A stretch of DNA of 63,344 bases, the filler included, from Intoshia linei (taxonomy: Eukaryota > Animalia > Orthonectida): the NCBI GenBank assembly GCA_001642005.1. It is 8 parts of 8 records of this genome, joined end to end, with 100 filler letters (N's around TTAATTAATTAA, not from the genome) between each part and the next. Parts side by side here need not be neighbours in the genome. Positions count along the whole stretch, not along the records: positions 30,792 to 42,057 come from LWCA01001184.1; positions 42,158 to 47,870 come from LWCA01001752.1; positions 47,971 to 50,089 come from LWCA01002400.1; positions 50,190 to 53,874 come from LWCA01002052.1; positions 53,975 to 60,843 come from LWCA01001629.1; 3 more parts are not named here. One strand, 5' to 3'. A model generated the notes under the pieces. That model had not been told where the DNA came from. It searched no databases and was given only the letters and a program-made list of their open reading frames with translations. This document shows positions 41,703-54,842 of the stretch, in pieces. The stretch's first letter is position 1. Each line of letters opens with the position of its first letter. The translations under genes and the position numbers were made by a program.

Positions 41703-42057
41703 ATGGCTACAACTTTAACTGGGTCAACAACCAGTCTGACAACATTGATTCCGATTACCAAAAATTTGACCAATGTGGAAAATGTAAATTACACTAAAAT
41801 TATTCTTGATCAGAATTATATTGTTGAATATAATTATCTAACGAAAATAATTGCACCATCATTGTTTGGATTTGAAATAATGATTGGAGTAGTATTTAGC
41901 ATCATTGCAATTTGTATGCTAATGACAATAGTAAGAGAAAAAAGATTATTCTCCGCTTTGTTATACATAAATATTGCCATTGCAAATTTAATATTAATTG
42001 GGATAAGTGTGCCGTTCATATTATATCAATTTTCACTACAATCATGGATATATGGTC
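41703..42057 (+). CDS. Class A GPCR, neuropeptide-receptor-like (N-terminus to ECL1, cut by spacer)
   Basis: S/T-rich N-terminus with NLT/NYT sequons; TM1 IIAPSLFGFEIMIGVVF; TM2 LLYINIAIANLILIGISVPF; ECL1 WIYG. Resembles allatostatin-A/galanin-type receptors. Confidence 0.8.
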
Positions 42058-42234
42058 NNNNNNNNNNNNNNNNNNNNNNNNNNNNNNNNNNNNNNNNNNN
42101 NTTAATTAATTAANNNNNNNNNNNNNNNNNNNNNNNNNNNNNNNNNNNNNNNNNNNNAAAATGAATTTAAAATCGAAAATGTATTAAAATTACTGATGAG
42201 AATGAAACTGACAAAAAAATACTGATAATATGAA

Positions 42235-43266
42235 TTAGTGATGAGATGATTGCTGATGAAATAACTTTATTATGATATGATTACTGATGACATCATTAAT
42301 GATAATCTGATAAGGAACCCAAAATTATCAACTCTTAAAAAAATTACATTCATAATTTGCTTTTCGGTCAAACAAAATATTTCTAAATCTTTTAATTTTT
42401 TTTCCAAATCTTTATTTTCACTTTTCAGCCATTCATTTTCTACAAATCTAAAAAATTATTTATAACTAACATTGAATTAAATTACCTGGCATACAACATT
42501 GTTTTAATATTTTCACAAATTTTAGAATTTGAACAACCTTTATACTAAAAAAAATTGTACTAAAATAAAACGATAAATTACAATTAAGTTAATTAATTTG
42601 TCATCATTGAAATTAGCATAATTTAGATCTAAATTTAAGTAAAATATATAATTACATTAGTTATACAATACAGTCTGAGTCCATATTAACGGAATCTATT
42701 ATTTTTTTTTTAACAGAGCTGATTGATCCAAAAATTACGTGAATATGAACTTAGACTGAAGTATAACTAATATTTTAACTGTAAACAATGTAGAATGCAA
42801 TGATTATAAATATCACAGTTAATACATTACATTTTTTGAAAAACCATAAAATTACAAAGAAAAAACCCAATAGTGTATACCAGGGCCGTGAAGAGGGGAT
42901 TAGGGGCCTAATTATTTAATTTTTTAATAGGTAACGTTGGAAAATTTCTTAAGTATACCTAAATTATCACATAATCAATGTTCTATTAACAGTCCAATTG
43001 GTTATTTTAAATTTTTAGACAATAAACGGCCGATTAAGCAATGTATAGAGGTCCCATTTTTTTTCAAAAAAATATTATAGTAGCCTACTGCTGGTTCTCC
43101 ACGGCCCTGGTGTATACTACAAAATTATATTAAATTTACCGCGAATAATTTTTTTCAATTTCAGTATTTCACTTTCATTTGTTTGTAGTTTTGATTGAAG
43201 GGCGTTCACACATTTCTAAAAATAACTGTAAATTTAAATTTAGATGAAAAAAACTGTATCTGCCAT
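42235..43266 (-). CDS. Hypothetical small coiled-coil protein (multi-exon, absent from ORF track)
   Basis: Short exons splice in phase: MADT|KCVNALQSKLQTNESEILKLKKIIRD|LNYANFNDDKLINLI|YKGCSNSKICENIKTMLYAR|FVENEWLKSENKDLEKKLKDLEIFCLTEKQIMN. Both ends uncertain. Confidence 0.6.
42881..43109. mobile_element. hAT MITE, CAGGGCCGTG family (second copy 47008-47244; decayed copies ~23795-24066, ~57830-57900)
   Basis: TIR CAGGGCCGTG; perfect TSD GTGTATAC. Confidence 0.92.
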
Positions 43267-45812
43267 AATTTCAATAGTGGTTTAATATAATTCACGTTCT
43301 ATATAATATAATGGTTTTATCTAGTAATCATAAAATTTCTGGTTGATAATGAAACAACGCGCCAAACTGCATAACAATATGAATACAATATGTACTTTAG
43401 TTTATTTTGTTTTGATATGATTGATACTACATTCTTGTACATTATTGTTGTTACAACTAAATTATAATTGTAATTATTTATTTACAGTCGGCAATTTTTA
43501 TTTATTCAGAGCTGAACCTACTATATCCAATACTTCTCTTCGTAGGACCTCCAAGAAATTTTTTGTAAAATTGTGGCCTCATTTTTCCAAAATGAGCATT
43601 TAAAAAATTTGTATTTTTGAATATCACAGCTATATATGTGTGTCAAATGTAAACTCCCCGCTTAGATCAGTGAAGAGGTAGCTAGCGGCTGTATATCATT
43701 ACGCATCGTCTGCGATTTTTTAAAAATATTTTTAATCTTCTCGAACCTACCGTTCCCAAGTCTTTTATACGAATTTTTACAAAAGTATCGTCCAACTTTT
43801 CAACTTCACGTCTGTTTTGTGTATCAAATATAAACTTTCAAGTTTAAATCCGGTGAGAGGTGGCGAGGGCTAGATGAAATTTTTGCTTTTCGGTGGTGAT
43901 TCAGTTAGGATACTGACCAGCTTTTTTCATATGCAGCTAATGCTTGCTTTCGAGAAATTTAAATATTCAAAAATGTAGTTTGTTATATGAATGCAAAAAT
44001 AAAATCTTCAAATAAAATAAATTAATTTTTAATTGTCGCTAATAAATTTAAGCGTGTAAAAATAAAATAATTTCAGTTATTACAATAAAAAAAATACTTA
44101 AAATTCTACGGTAATTCACTTCAGTTATATGATTTAATTTATTTGAGAATTTTATAAATTTGAGAATGAAAAAAAATCCAAAGGAATGAATTTATGAAAT
44201 TTGTACCTAAATCGCTTTATTGAAAATGTGTAGACGTTCAATTAACTTTTTTTAAAATGTAAGGATGAATATTTACTTTTTCATTTTTAATTTTAATCCA
44301 AACATGTGAAAAATAATTTTTGATTAATTATCAACTAATATTTTTCACCGGGAATGCGTAAAGTTCTGAGGTGAAAATTTTGTATTTCTATCAACTGGAA
44401 TAAGCTGTATCAGAATAATTTTTTTTTTTAATCGTAGGATCATTAATTATTTCACATTTTTTGTTTTAATAAAATAGTTTCATAATAAAAAAAATGAATA
44501 CTAAATTGCTTTTTTTAATGTGAAGGCATAACTTTGTCAGATTAAAATTTTTTGTGTGTATTCACAAGATTAAACTATCAACGTTATTTTTTTTAAATTC
44601 TAGGCCTATTTTCATTTTTTCATAAAAGTGTCATGAAAAGGCACTTTTTTAAGGTTGTCATTTATTGTAATGCTTATGATTTTAAAAAATATCTCAGAAT
44701 TTATGTTTTATAAAATTTTAGGACATGTATCATTTATAAAAAGAAGTGTAATTTGTGGTTTTGACCATGAAGGTATGTTTCTAAGGCTGAAATTTACGAC
44801 AATGTTAATTATTTTAATGTTCCAAAAAGTATATTTTATGAAATTTTTGGGCTGATTTATGTTTTCAACAAAATGGAAAATTTTGTTTTTGACCCTGAAG
44901 GACTCAAATTCGGAAACTCAAAAATAGACATAAACACACTCTGAGATTAGAAAACTGTTCATAAACTGTATTAGAAATTGGGTTTTGTAAATTCTACGAC
45001 TGTTAATGTTTTCAATAAACGGTAACACAAACATTTAATTTTATTTAAGTAAAGGATGGTGGAGTTGACTTTATGGAGTTAACGAGGAATTATTTTGTAA
45101 GAACCGGTATTAATCTATCTAAAAGTATGCCAATATGAAATTATTTGTTTATATTATTTGTTTTGTTATATAAATTAAATTTAAATAACAATCAATTTAA
45201 TCGTTACTTTAATATTAACGTGATATACACAAAATTTCTAATTAATTAACAAATAATTGATGAGTATTACTATCATAGTGTTGACACTGTTAAATGACAA
45301 AAGTCAACTTGTCAGCAGGATAAAATTGAAATACAAAGTTACAATAAAAATTATTGTTTATTATCAACATTTTGCATCAATATCAATAATACATTTGTAT
45401 TCCATATAAATGAGTTAATATGAACAGATTAATTATTAAAACCAATATATAGATCACGAATCATAATAATTTTTAACACTTAAATTAATTTTTACAATAA
45501 AACATGAACATTGTCAAAATCAATAGGCGTATATGCGTAAAAGCAGAATCAGTAATGTAAAAAACATTTAGCGGTGAATATCCAATAATTTGACATTGTA
45601 AACGTGTAGTAAGTGTTACGATTACTAGTACCCTGTTGAGACAATACACTAATTAACATTTTATTGTTAAATAAATAATATTCTGAGCTCTAGATGCGTT
45701 TCATATGAAGAGTTGTCAAGTAGGTGTGATTTAATTACTTGCATCACATACTTGCGTCGGTTGACAATTAAACTAATAAATGGACACACTTTTGATTGTT
45801 TACGTTTAAAAT

Positions 45813-46343
45813 ATGTCATTTAACAGAAAATTAAAAATGAATAATTCTATATCTAGGCCTCCTAACCAGGATAGCTTAAATAATTATAATATTAGGCATA
45901 GTCTCAAATCTAGATTAGATGGTGGTTTTTCAAATTGCATCACAAATTCTACATGTCGAAATATATATGAACCAAATACTCATTATCATTATTCTAATGT
46001 GAATTGCAACATTTTAAAAAAGAATCGTTATGCACCTGTTTACATACCTCAAAATCCTTTACATGTAAATTATTTTAAACAAGACTATGTTTTAAATAGA
46101 CCAAGATTGATGCAACAATTTGGTATGCAAGCACTGAGACCCAACTCATACTTTGGGAACTTTGAATATCCAATGCCTTATCCAAGGCAATTATACAGAC
46201 CAAATGAAATTACCTCATACAACTATTTTAACTACGATTCTCGTATAGCGAGTTCTTATTTAGCACCGCAACCTATTAATCCGTCCATGCCCACTAATTT
46301 TCCGCAAGAAACTGAAAATTCTACAATTTTAAAGGTTTTTTAA
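45813..46343 (+). CDS. Orphan N/P/Y/Q-rich low-complexity protein (176 aa)
   Basis: Long ORF with raised GC in very AT-rich DNA; AATAAA follows. No family recognised. Confidence 0.6.
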   Translation: MSFNRKLKMNNSISRPPNQDSLNNYNIRHSLKSRLDGGFSNCITNSTCRNIYEPNTHYHYSNVNCNILKKNRYAPVYIPQNPLHVNYFKQDYVLNRPRLMQQFGMQALRPNSYFGNFEYPMPYPRQLYRPNEITSYNYFNYDSRIASSYLAPQPINPSMPTNFPQETENSTILKVF

Positions 46344-47270
46344 ACATTACATTTATATTTTTTATTACAAATATAATAATAATAAAATAAAATAAATATT
46401 TACAAATCATGACATTAAGATCCAGATTAAATATATTATTATTTAAATATGATTCATATGTTGACTTTGCAAAATTTTACATTTTATTTAACAAATTTAA
46501 ATTTAATTGGTTTCACCTAGGAGGGGCAATCGATAAAAAATCTAAACAAACATTAATGTAAATTATAATTTAATAATTTAATGTGATCTGTTTTAAAATA
46601 ATTTAACTATAAAGGATTGGTAAACTTGGATTTTTCTCAAAATTAATTGATAGAAAATGTTTATAGAAAAATTAATCGATAAATTTATCAAAACGTTTTT
46701 ATCAATTTCCAGCATTAATTCCACCGTTTCCAATTTTAAATATCAAGAAAATGGTATACAAGCGCAAAATATGACAAATAATGTTGGGAACTATTGATAA
46801 CGTATTATACCTGTACTATTTGAAATGATTTTCATATTAAATCTTCTTTATTCGTGTCATCATTACTGTACAATAATAAACGTGTATAATAATTTTGTAT
46901 ACATAGAACGACATAATAAACGGTTCTGAAATTTTGTAATCGGTTAACTTTTAACTATTAATTATTTTCAGTTTATTTGTTAACCATACCGCCCATCATC
47001 TTATACCCAGGGCCGTGGCGGGGTAGGGCCATATGACCGGGCCTAACATCACGTGGACCTCTTTTTTAATTTATTAATAGGTAATGTTGCAAAATTTTGA
47101 TAACAAATGCGATTTCCAACGGTTATTTTTAATTTTTAGATAATGGACGATCGATTAAGCAATGTATACTGGTCCCATTTTTGAAAAATTTTTAATAGGG
47201 AGCCTACAATTTCCATCTGGCTCTACTGCCTTTCCACGGCCCTGATTATACGTCAATATTTTATGTATAA

Positions 47271-47870
47271 CACTAGACAACATTGAAAAATACATCTGCA
47301 TAAAAATAATACCATCTTGTGGATAATTTAGCGCTGATTTTAATGATATAATATATTTATACGTTTTAGTTCATACAACCCATTTATTAACACTTTTAAT
47401 GTTAAAAAAAATATAACAAAGTTTTACTTCAATTCTAAAATTGACCAATTATATCATTCAAAATAATGTTTACTTTAAAAAAGGTGAAGTTTATTAAGTT
47501 TGAATATTTATTTATTAATTTAAAATGCATGTCTATGAAATAAACGAAACATATTATTGCTTTTGATGTGGTATATATTTGCCAAACACTAAAAAATGTT
47601 ACGATAACTGATAAATGTAAAAATTTGATAATACAAATATACAGTTTAATGTACGAGAATCAACTTTGAAATCCCCCAAATCTATATCAAACGTGCCATT
47701 CGTCTATAATAAGATTTAAAAAGAGATTTGTGACACCTAGAATATGGAAAAATTCAGAAAGTGCGAATGACTGCTATTTCTGTATTCTGAAAAGAAAAAA
47801 ACAAATAAATGCAGCTTTTACTCTTATCCGGCCACCAAAACTTTACCAATTCCAATGGAAGTATATAATT
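47271..47870 (+). mobile_element. Chapaev3-like DNA transposon 5' remnant
   Basis: Starts CACTAGACAACA. Decayed YCF*CGIY...QTCH...TPRIWKNSESANDCYFC resembles the FCYICG...PMIWREP...DCYFC zinc-finger region. Confidence 0.7.
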
Positions 47871-49137
47871 NNNNNNNNNNNNNNNNNNNNNNNNNNNNNN
47901 NNNNNNNNNNNNNNTTAATTAATTAANNNNNNNNNNNNNNNNNNNNNNNNNNNNNNNNNNNNNNNNNNNNCGATGCGGTTTTATATATACACGCTTTTAT
48001 TTGCCTTATTCTCCCAATGTGAACTGACTGACTGGAATGTGAAATAACTTCATAACTACAATTGGTAATTACCTAAAATTATATATGGTGAGAAATAGGC
48101 AAGTATGTATTAACTTCCCAAATTTTTGGAACAATCGAAGCCAAAAAATTGGAAAAATTTGTCTGGGAGTATATGGGTTAATAATAAAATAAAATTACAT
48201 TTTTCAAACAAAATTTTCACTTTCCCATCAAATTTTTATTTTTGTATCAAAAGTATTTTTTTCATATTAATTACTAATTAGTGTTTCATTTTAGTAATAA
48301 TAATTCCAGTTTCTGTACTTTACATTAAAAAATTTAGTTTTATTGAAACAAATTAATAATATTTAATTTCAAGAAACATAATAAAAAATGTTCTTTTTTC
48401 CATGTAAAAAAAGAAATGTTACATTGGTATTAGGGGTGGCAATCAATAAAAATCTAAACTAACTTAAATTTACATTATAATAATTAATTATGCAGTTTTG
48501 AAAGAATTTTGTCTAAAGGGTTGGTAAAATTCGATTTTACTCAAAATTAATTTTGTATAATAAATTGTTGGTTGATAAAATTGAATTTTTCTTATCACAG
48601 TTGGTAAAAGTGGATTTTTCCTTAAGGTTTGGTAAAAGTGGATTTTTTCCTTAAGATTTGGTAGATGGGTATAAACCTTAAAAGTTAGTATAATTGGATT
48701 TTTCCTTAAAAGTTCGTATAATTGGATTTTTCCTTAAGGGTTGGTAAAATTGGATTTTTGGATGATGGATATTATTAAAATTTAAAATTAAAGAAATTCT
48801 TCATACACAGCCTGTCTGAATAAATTTTAGATGAAAAAAATTAAAAAATTCTTAGTTGGCTTTTTTTTAAATGCAAGAAATGTAAATTTTATGCAAAATT
48901 GGTAATTTCAATGCAAAAAATTACTTAAATTATCATTTTTTTAACATTTTATACTGAATATAATTTTTTATTTACTGTTACTATTTATTGTTACATTTTA
49001 AATTTGAAGCTTTAGATAGAAACTGCATTAAAATTTAAATTTTCAAATTCGAAATTCAAAAAACTATTCATCATATTTTTTTGCACATTTTTGTATGTTT
49101 ATCTGTTTATAAACATTCCCAGACGTGTGTGTACACA

Positions 49138-50089
49138 TTAGGCTGATTTAAAATCAGGAGTAAAAATTTTTTTTTTTAATTTTTCATGGCTCACCTTTCC
49201 AAAACCTTCGATTTGATACAAAAATACCTTGTGTGAAATATTTTTGAAAAATACTAATAATTAGAAGTCACCCAAGGCCCCCCAAATTTTGAAATTTTTG
49301 ACGAAAAAGTATATTTAAAATAATTGTATTTTAAAAACCGTTTATGCAAACGTATAAGTGTTGGTATTCATTTTTATCAGTATAACGAGCATTGCTGTTT
49401 GGTTCAGTTCTCCAGTTCTAAAAATGATATTTTTAATTTTCTGATTTTAAAATTTGATCAAAATTTTTGAAAATAGACTAATTTTTAATTTCCGATATGC
49501 AAATCTTTATTCTAAAATATTTAACAGTTTATGTATTTAAATTTAGTTGTTTAAAACAGGTCCAATTAAAGCGTTCTTAAGTGGTTGGGGAAAATTATTT
49601 CGGTGTTGGGAAACAACTTGTAGAAGGTACTGTAGTTGCTCCTCCTCCTTTGTTAACCGTCCCGAATAAATTTGAGAAGAGCAACGCCCCTTTCCGCATG
49701 ATCATTTGTTATCGCTAACTTTCTGCAAAATGCTCTGGCAACCTGATAGTCGTCATTTTCTTTCCTCTGAGTTGCAGGAAGTTGAAGAAAGTTATCTGAA
49801 ATCTTAAGTTTTTTTAACAGCAACTTCGTGTTCGAATTAGCAAATGTTGATAGTGTCATACTATTAATGTTTTCCAACGAAACCGTAACTTTCTTTGTCG
49901 GAACCTCTTCAGCCATGGTATGTAATATGTTATTTGCCATCCGGTCTTAAACACTTGCCATGACCCCATCATCAAAGAGTGAAAGACCTACCAGCTTCTC
50001 CGACAGGTACCATAAATGGCGAGCCATCTTCTCGGTTGTCACCACAGATATTGCCTCGTTGATATTTGCATATTGCTTCAAACTTTTCA
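49138..50089 (-). mobile_element. hAT-superfamily (hATm/hAT5-like) transposase 3' remnant
   Basis: RHLWYLSEKLVGLSLFD...LAITNDHAERGVALL...EEQLQYLLQVVSQHR with stops and a frameshift; candidate terminus TTAGGCTG at 49138. Confidence 0.8.
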
Positions 50090-52195
50090 NNNNNNNNNNN
50101 NNNNNNNNNNNNNNNNNNNNNNNNNNNNNNNNNTTAATTAATTAANNNNNNNNNNNNNNNNNNNNNNNNNNNNNNNNNNNNNNNNNNNNACAAAATGTTT
50201 TCACTAAATGTTAATTCTTAATATCTTAAAAACATAATTATCCTCCCATTTTCAGAAAAATTTATCCTTCCATTTATAGAAAATACACATGTTTACATTA
50301 CGATAAAATAATTTAGTAGATTTATCTCCAATATCAAAAATTATATACACTTAACTGATGCAACACTTGAAAAAAATATTTTATGCTAATTATGTGACGC
50401 GCACTAGCATAATGATTTAAATCGGGGGTTCTCAAAGTTGGACACTAAGTCATAAAAAGCATCTGAAATTATTAACCGCTTTTTGATAAAATAAAATTTA
50501 AATTATGCAAAATAATATTAATTCAATAAAATTTTGTTACTATCAATTTTAAAATTTAATTTTAACTAAATTTAATTATAAAAGTGACTTTATCAATGTA
50601 TTTTTGGTGATTTATATATAAGTTTACACATTGGTGATATTTGATGTTCGCTTCATATTAAATAATATATGGTAAACCCATTAACGACCAGTGTTCGTTT
50701 TTACAAACACTTAGTTTTTATTGTTTAAATTCAAAGTTTAAATAAATAATATAAATGTAAGTATGAATGTAATAAAATGTAATAATTTTTTATGCATGTA
50801 TGATTTATACAATTAATACTAATAATATTTTTTTATTTTATAGTATCGTTTGATAAATTAAAAATGTTTCAAACATTTATTTTACATTAAATAATTATTA
50901 TAAATAAATTTTAAATTTGTAAATAAATCTAAATTATTCTTACTTTTTTGATATAATATATCTTTAGGGCCAAATCGACTGTATATATATTCTGAAAAAA
51001 ATTTAGGTAGTAATTTACTGTGCAGTATTTTGGTTGCATCAGTAAGAGATTATGAAGAAACTTTAAATTTCTACGTTTTAAATTTTGAGGATTTAACGCA
51101 TGCTCCAACACTGGATAGCTATGAGAATATAGCAAAAAAAAAATCTAAAAGTAAACTAATAATATTTAAAATGAAAAGTAAAAATTAATTTAGATTCAAA
51201 TTTAAAATTATCAAAATTTATTATATTTCCTGATCCTCGTAATAAATCTTTACGATTAAAAATGGAACGAAAAAGAAGCTTTTTTTCTAAATATAACAAA
51301 TTACCTCGAAAAATTAAAAGATATAGTAATGGTAACAAAAGACAAGTTAGTGAACCCTTCATCAACATGAATAATAAGAGTAATACTATGAATGGTTTGA
51401 GCGAAAGATCTCAATCAATTTGTCATTTTGATTACAAATCTCTTAATTTTTTGTCTGTTCCATTAAATAAACAGAAAAGCTTATCCGATACTAAATTACG
51501 TAATTTCAGATATTATTTTTGAAGTAGGAAAATAAATATTCTACTTATCCACGTTTTAATATTAAATAACAGTTATATACATATATTTAATGTTTGACAA
51601 TATCAAACTTTACTATAAGCGTTTGATAAAAGTGAATTTTATGGTTTAATCACCTTTTATTTACATTGTATATATTTTTGTTAATATGTATATGAAATTT
51701 ATTTAAGAACAATATAAAAATTTGAAGTCAAAAACCAATTGTGTAATACTTCAAAAATAATATTACGTGTTTCATTAATATCAATTTTAAATGATTTTAA
51801 AATTTTTTATAATTAGACTTGAGCTGCAATTTGTATGAAATTCTAAAAGCAGTAATATAAAAAACATATTTTTATTAATTATATAAAAAAATTATTACAT
51901 CTTATTAATCGATTTTATATCATTTTAATGATTGAATAAAGTTTTAACATACTTAATTAGTTGCACTATATAATGTTTATAAATACTGCGAAAATTATTA
52001 CTTAATAAAGATTTTAAGTATAATTCATTACTATAAAAGTATAACCAATGCATATGAAAGCATTACGTATTTGAAGCAAACGAATATAAATACTTAGGAT
52101 TAGTTAATTAGGAATATTTGTTTATCTGCTAAAAATTTAATGATTAATATTATTGAGACCTTATAATAATATTTTACATCAATTTTATTTTTTTA

Positions 52196-53854
52196 ATGAC
52201 AAAATCAGGTTTAAATCAGTTAAGTTCACGAATCAGTCAAAGTCAACCAAACAATTGTGCAAACTTGACAGTGCCAACTAAATGCGAAGTTGGTAACTTA
52301 CTGCCTCAAAAAACACAATATATACGGAATAGTGATATAAAATCTAGCAAGCATCAAAAAGTAGTTCAGGTAATAATATATTTTATATTATAATAACAAG
52401 TAAATTATAAAGTCATGAACATCACTTTACACTCTGTAAACTCTTTTTATTATATATTTACGAAATATTTTTTGTTAAAGATATCAAGTTTTTCGTTGGT
52501 TTTGTGAATGGTGGTTCAAATTTATATTTTTTTAATTATTAAATTACTTTTATTCATTAATATATTTATGAAAATAGATATTATCATTGGGATCAGACAT
52601 TTTACCAGAATACAGAATGGCGATGCCGAGATTTTACATGTTTACGTTGCTGCATTATTCGGGGTTTAAAGCGGCTTGGGATTGGTTGATACTCCTTTTA
52701 GTCATATACACTGCAATTTTCACTCCATATATGGCAGTATTCGTGTTAAGTGAACCGCACTATTTGCACCGACGCAAATTTCTCTCATTCAGTGGATCTC
52801 TTCACATAATCGACGCAATTGTGGATATAATGTTTGTGATAGACATTGTAATAAATTTCAGAACTACCTATGTAAATCAAAACAATGAAGTAATTGCACA
52901 CCCCAAAAAAATTGCAATTCACTATTTAAAAAGATGGTTCATTCTTGATTTTATCGCAGCTATACCATTTGACTTGATATTGGTTAAATACGACACGGAT
53001 GATGTAATTTAAAAGTAAATATAATAAAATATATAATATTTCGTAGACGGCGACTTTAACGGGGTTGTTAAAAACAGCACGTTTATTGAGACTAGTTCGA
53101 GTTGCACGAAAATTGGATCGATATTCCGAGTATGGAGCAGCTGTTTTATTGCTTCTTATGTCCATGTTTGCGCTTATTGCACATTGGTTAGCATGCATTT
53201 GGTACCAAATTGGAAAAATTGAGCGACCCCAATTGTCGGAACCGAGAATCGGCTGGCTCGATGAACTATCTCGGCAAACTTATCAGCCTTATATTAATAT
53301 TACCCAGGGAGGACCTTCTCTCCGAAGCAAATACATTACCGCTTTATACTTTACCTTTTCTAGTCTTACCAGTGTTGGTTTTGGTAATGTATCTCCAAAT
53401 ACAAACACTGAAAAAGTTTTCTCCATATGTGTTATGCTAATTGGATGTATTTTTTTCAATTTATAACTAATATTATATTATTTTATTCAAACTAATCAAA
53501 ATTTAGCTTTAATGCACGCCAGCGTATTTGGTAACGTTGCAGCAATCATTCAAAGATTGTATTCTGGTTCTGCACGCTATTATTTACAAATGCTCCGACT
53601 TCGCGAATTTATAGTGATTCATCAAATAACCAACCCTTTAAAGAGAAGAATGGAAAACTACTTTCAAAATGTTTGGTCTTATACGAAGGGTGTAGATAAC
53701 CATTCAGTAATATCATATTTTTTACAAAATTCAATTATAGTCAATTGTAGTCTCATTAAAATTTAGATTATGAATATTTTCCCAAAGTTTCTCAAAGTTG
53801 ATATATCAACTCATTTAAAAAGAAATTTGTTCAATAGTTTCAACGTTTTTGCTA
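52196..53854 (+). CDS. ERG-subfamily (KCNH2/6/7-like) voltage-gated K+ channel, partial; 51262-51520 may be an upstream exon
   Basis: KVVQ|[105 protein letters not shown]. Exons 52578-53003, 53047-53446, 53507-53706, 53767-53854. Confidence 0.95.
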
Positions 53855-53974
53855 GTAAGTATTCAGTGTACATTNNNNNNNNNNNNNNNNNNNNNNNNNN
53901 NNNNNNNNNNNNNNNNNNTTAATTAATTAANNNNNNNNNNNNNNNNNNNNNNNNNNNNNNNNNNNNNNNNNNNN

Positions 53975-54747
53975 AGGAAAATCGCATTCCTGCACAAAAT
54001 CGATGCGTGTAACGAACATAAAAGAACTCGCTGAAACGGGTTCTTTCAAATGTATTGAAAAGGTGACTTCACTGAAGGCTGCAAGAACTGTTGTTTTCAA
54101 AAGAAGATATGTCTTCGATTCAAATAGATTTAAGTTTGACTAACACACAGATTTGGAAATTAGCGGGTCATATCAGAGTAGCAACTGGTGATAGAAATAT
54201 TATTGAAACTAATCTTAAAACAAAATTGCAAAAAATGAATCACAGGTTAGATGACTTATCTACTCTTTCTAATGAAGAATTCACAGTAAAATAACACTTT
54301 CTAGAAATGACAGAAAACAATACCAAATTAAAACCTCTCATAATTTGCAATGATATTAATCAGTTTGTACAGAAACTTGAAAAAATGCGTCATAAAAATG
54401 AAAATTTAAATAATTTTTTCATTGAAATTTTTAATTTTACATAAAAGTTACATTTCTTGCATTTAAAAAAAACCCTACTAAGAATTTTATTAATTTTTTT
54501 TTTAAATATTCCAGAAAGTGTACCGGTTCAAAAATTGTATCATTTGTACACCTACAATTTTTTTCATCTAAAATTTATTCAGATCGTTATTATTATTATG
54601 CCCTGGTACCGTGTCAAAAAGGTCCTTAATAAATTATTAACAAAATTTATTTTTATCAACATACCAATTAAAAAGTAACTATTACAGCTAAATCACAATA
54701 AAAATAGATTTTTCTACTTTGAAACTGTATTTTCATAGTGGACAGTG
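53975..54747 (+). mobile_element. Chapaev-like transposon remnant
   Basis: GKSHSCTKSMRVTNI and IQIDLSLTNTQIWKLAGHIRVATGDRNIIETNLKTKLQKMNHRLDD...KPLIICNDI resemble Chapaev transposase N-terminal regions; candidate terminus TGGACAGTG. Confidence 0.55.
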
Positions 54748-54842
54748 TCTACTGAACACGGTCGGATACGGGATCACTATACTCCACTGACTATACCTTA
54801 GTTTATATTATTATTTAGTTTTTGGTTATTATTATGAATTAC

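Noticed and set aside
53507-53545. Calling the channel ELK because of the MHA motif
   Set aside because: S1, S4-S5, turret, pore (VSPNT) and QRLYSG motifs all follow ERG.
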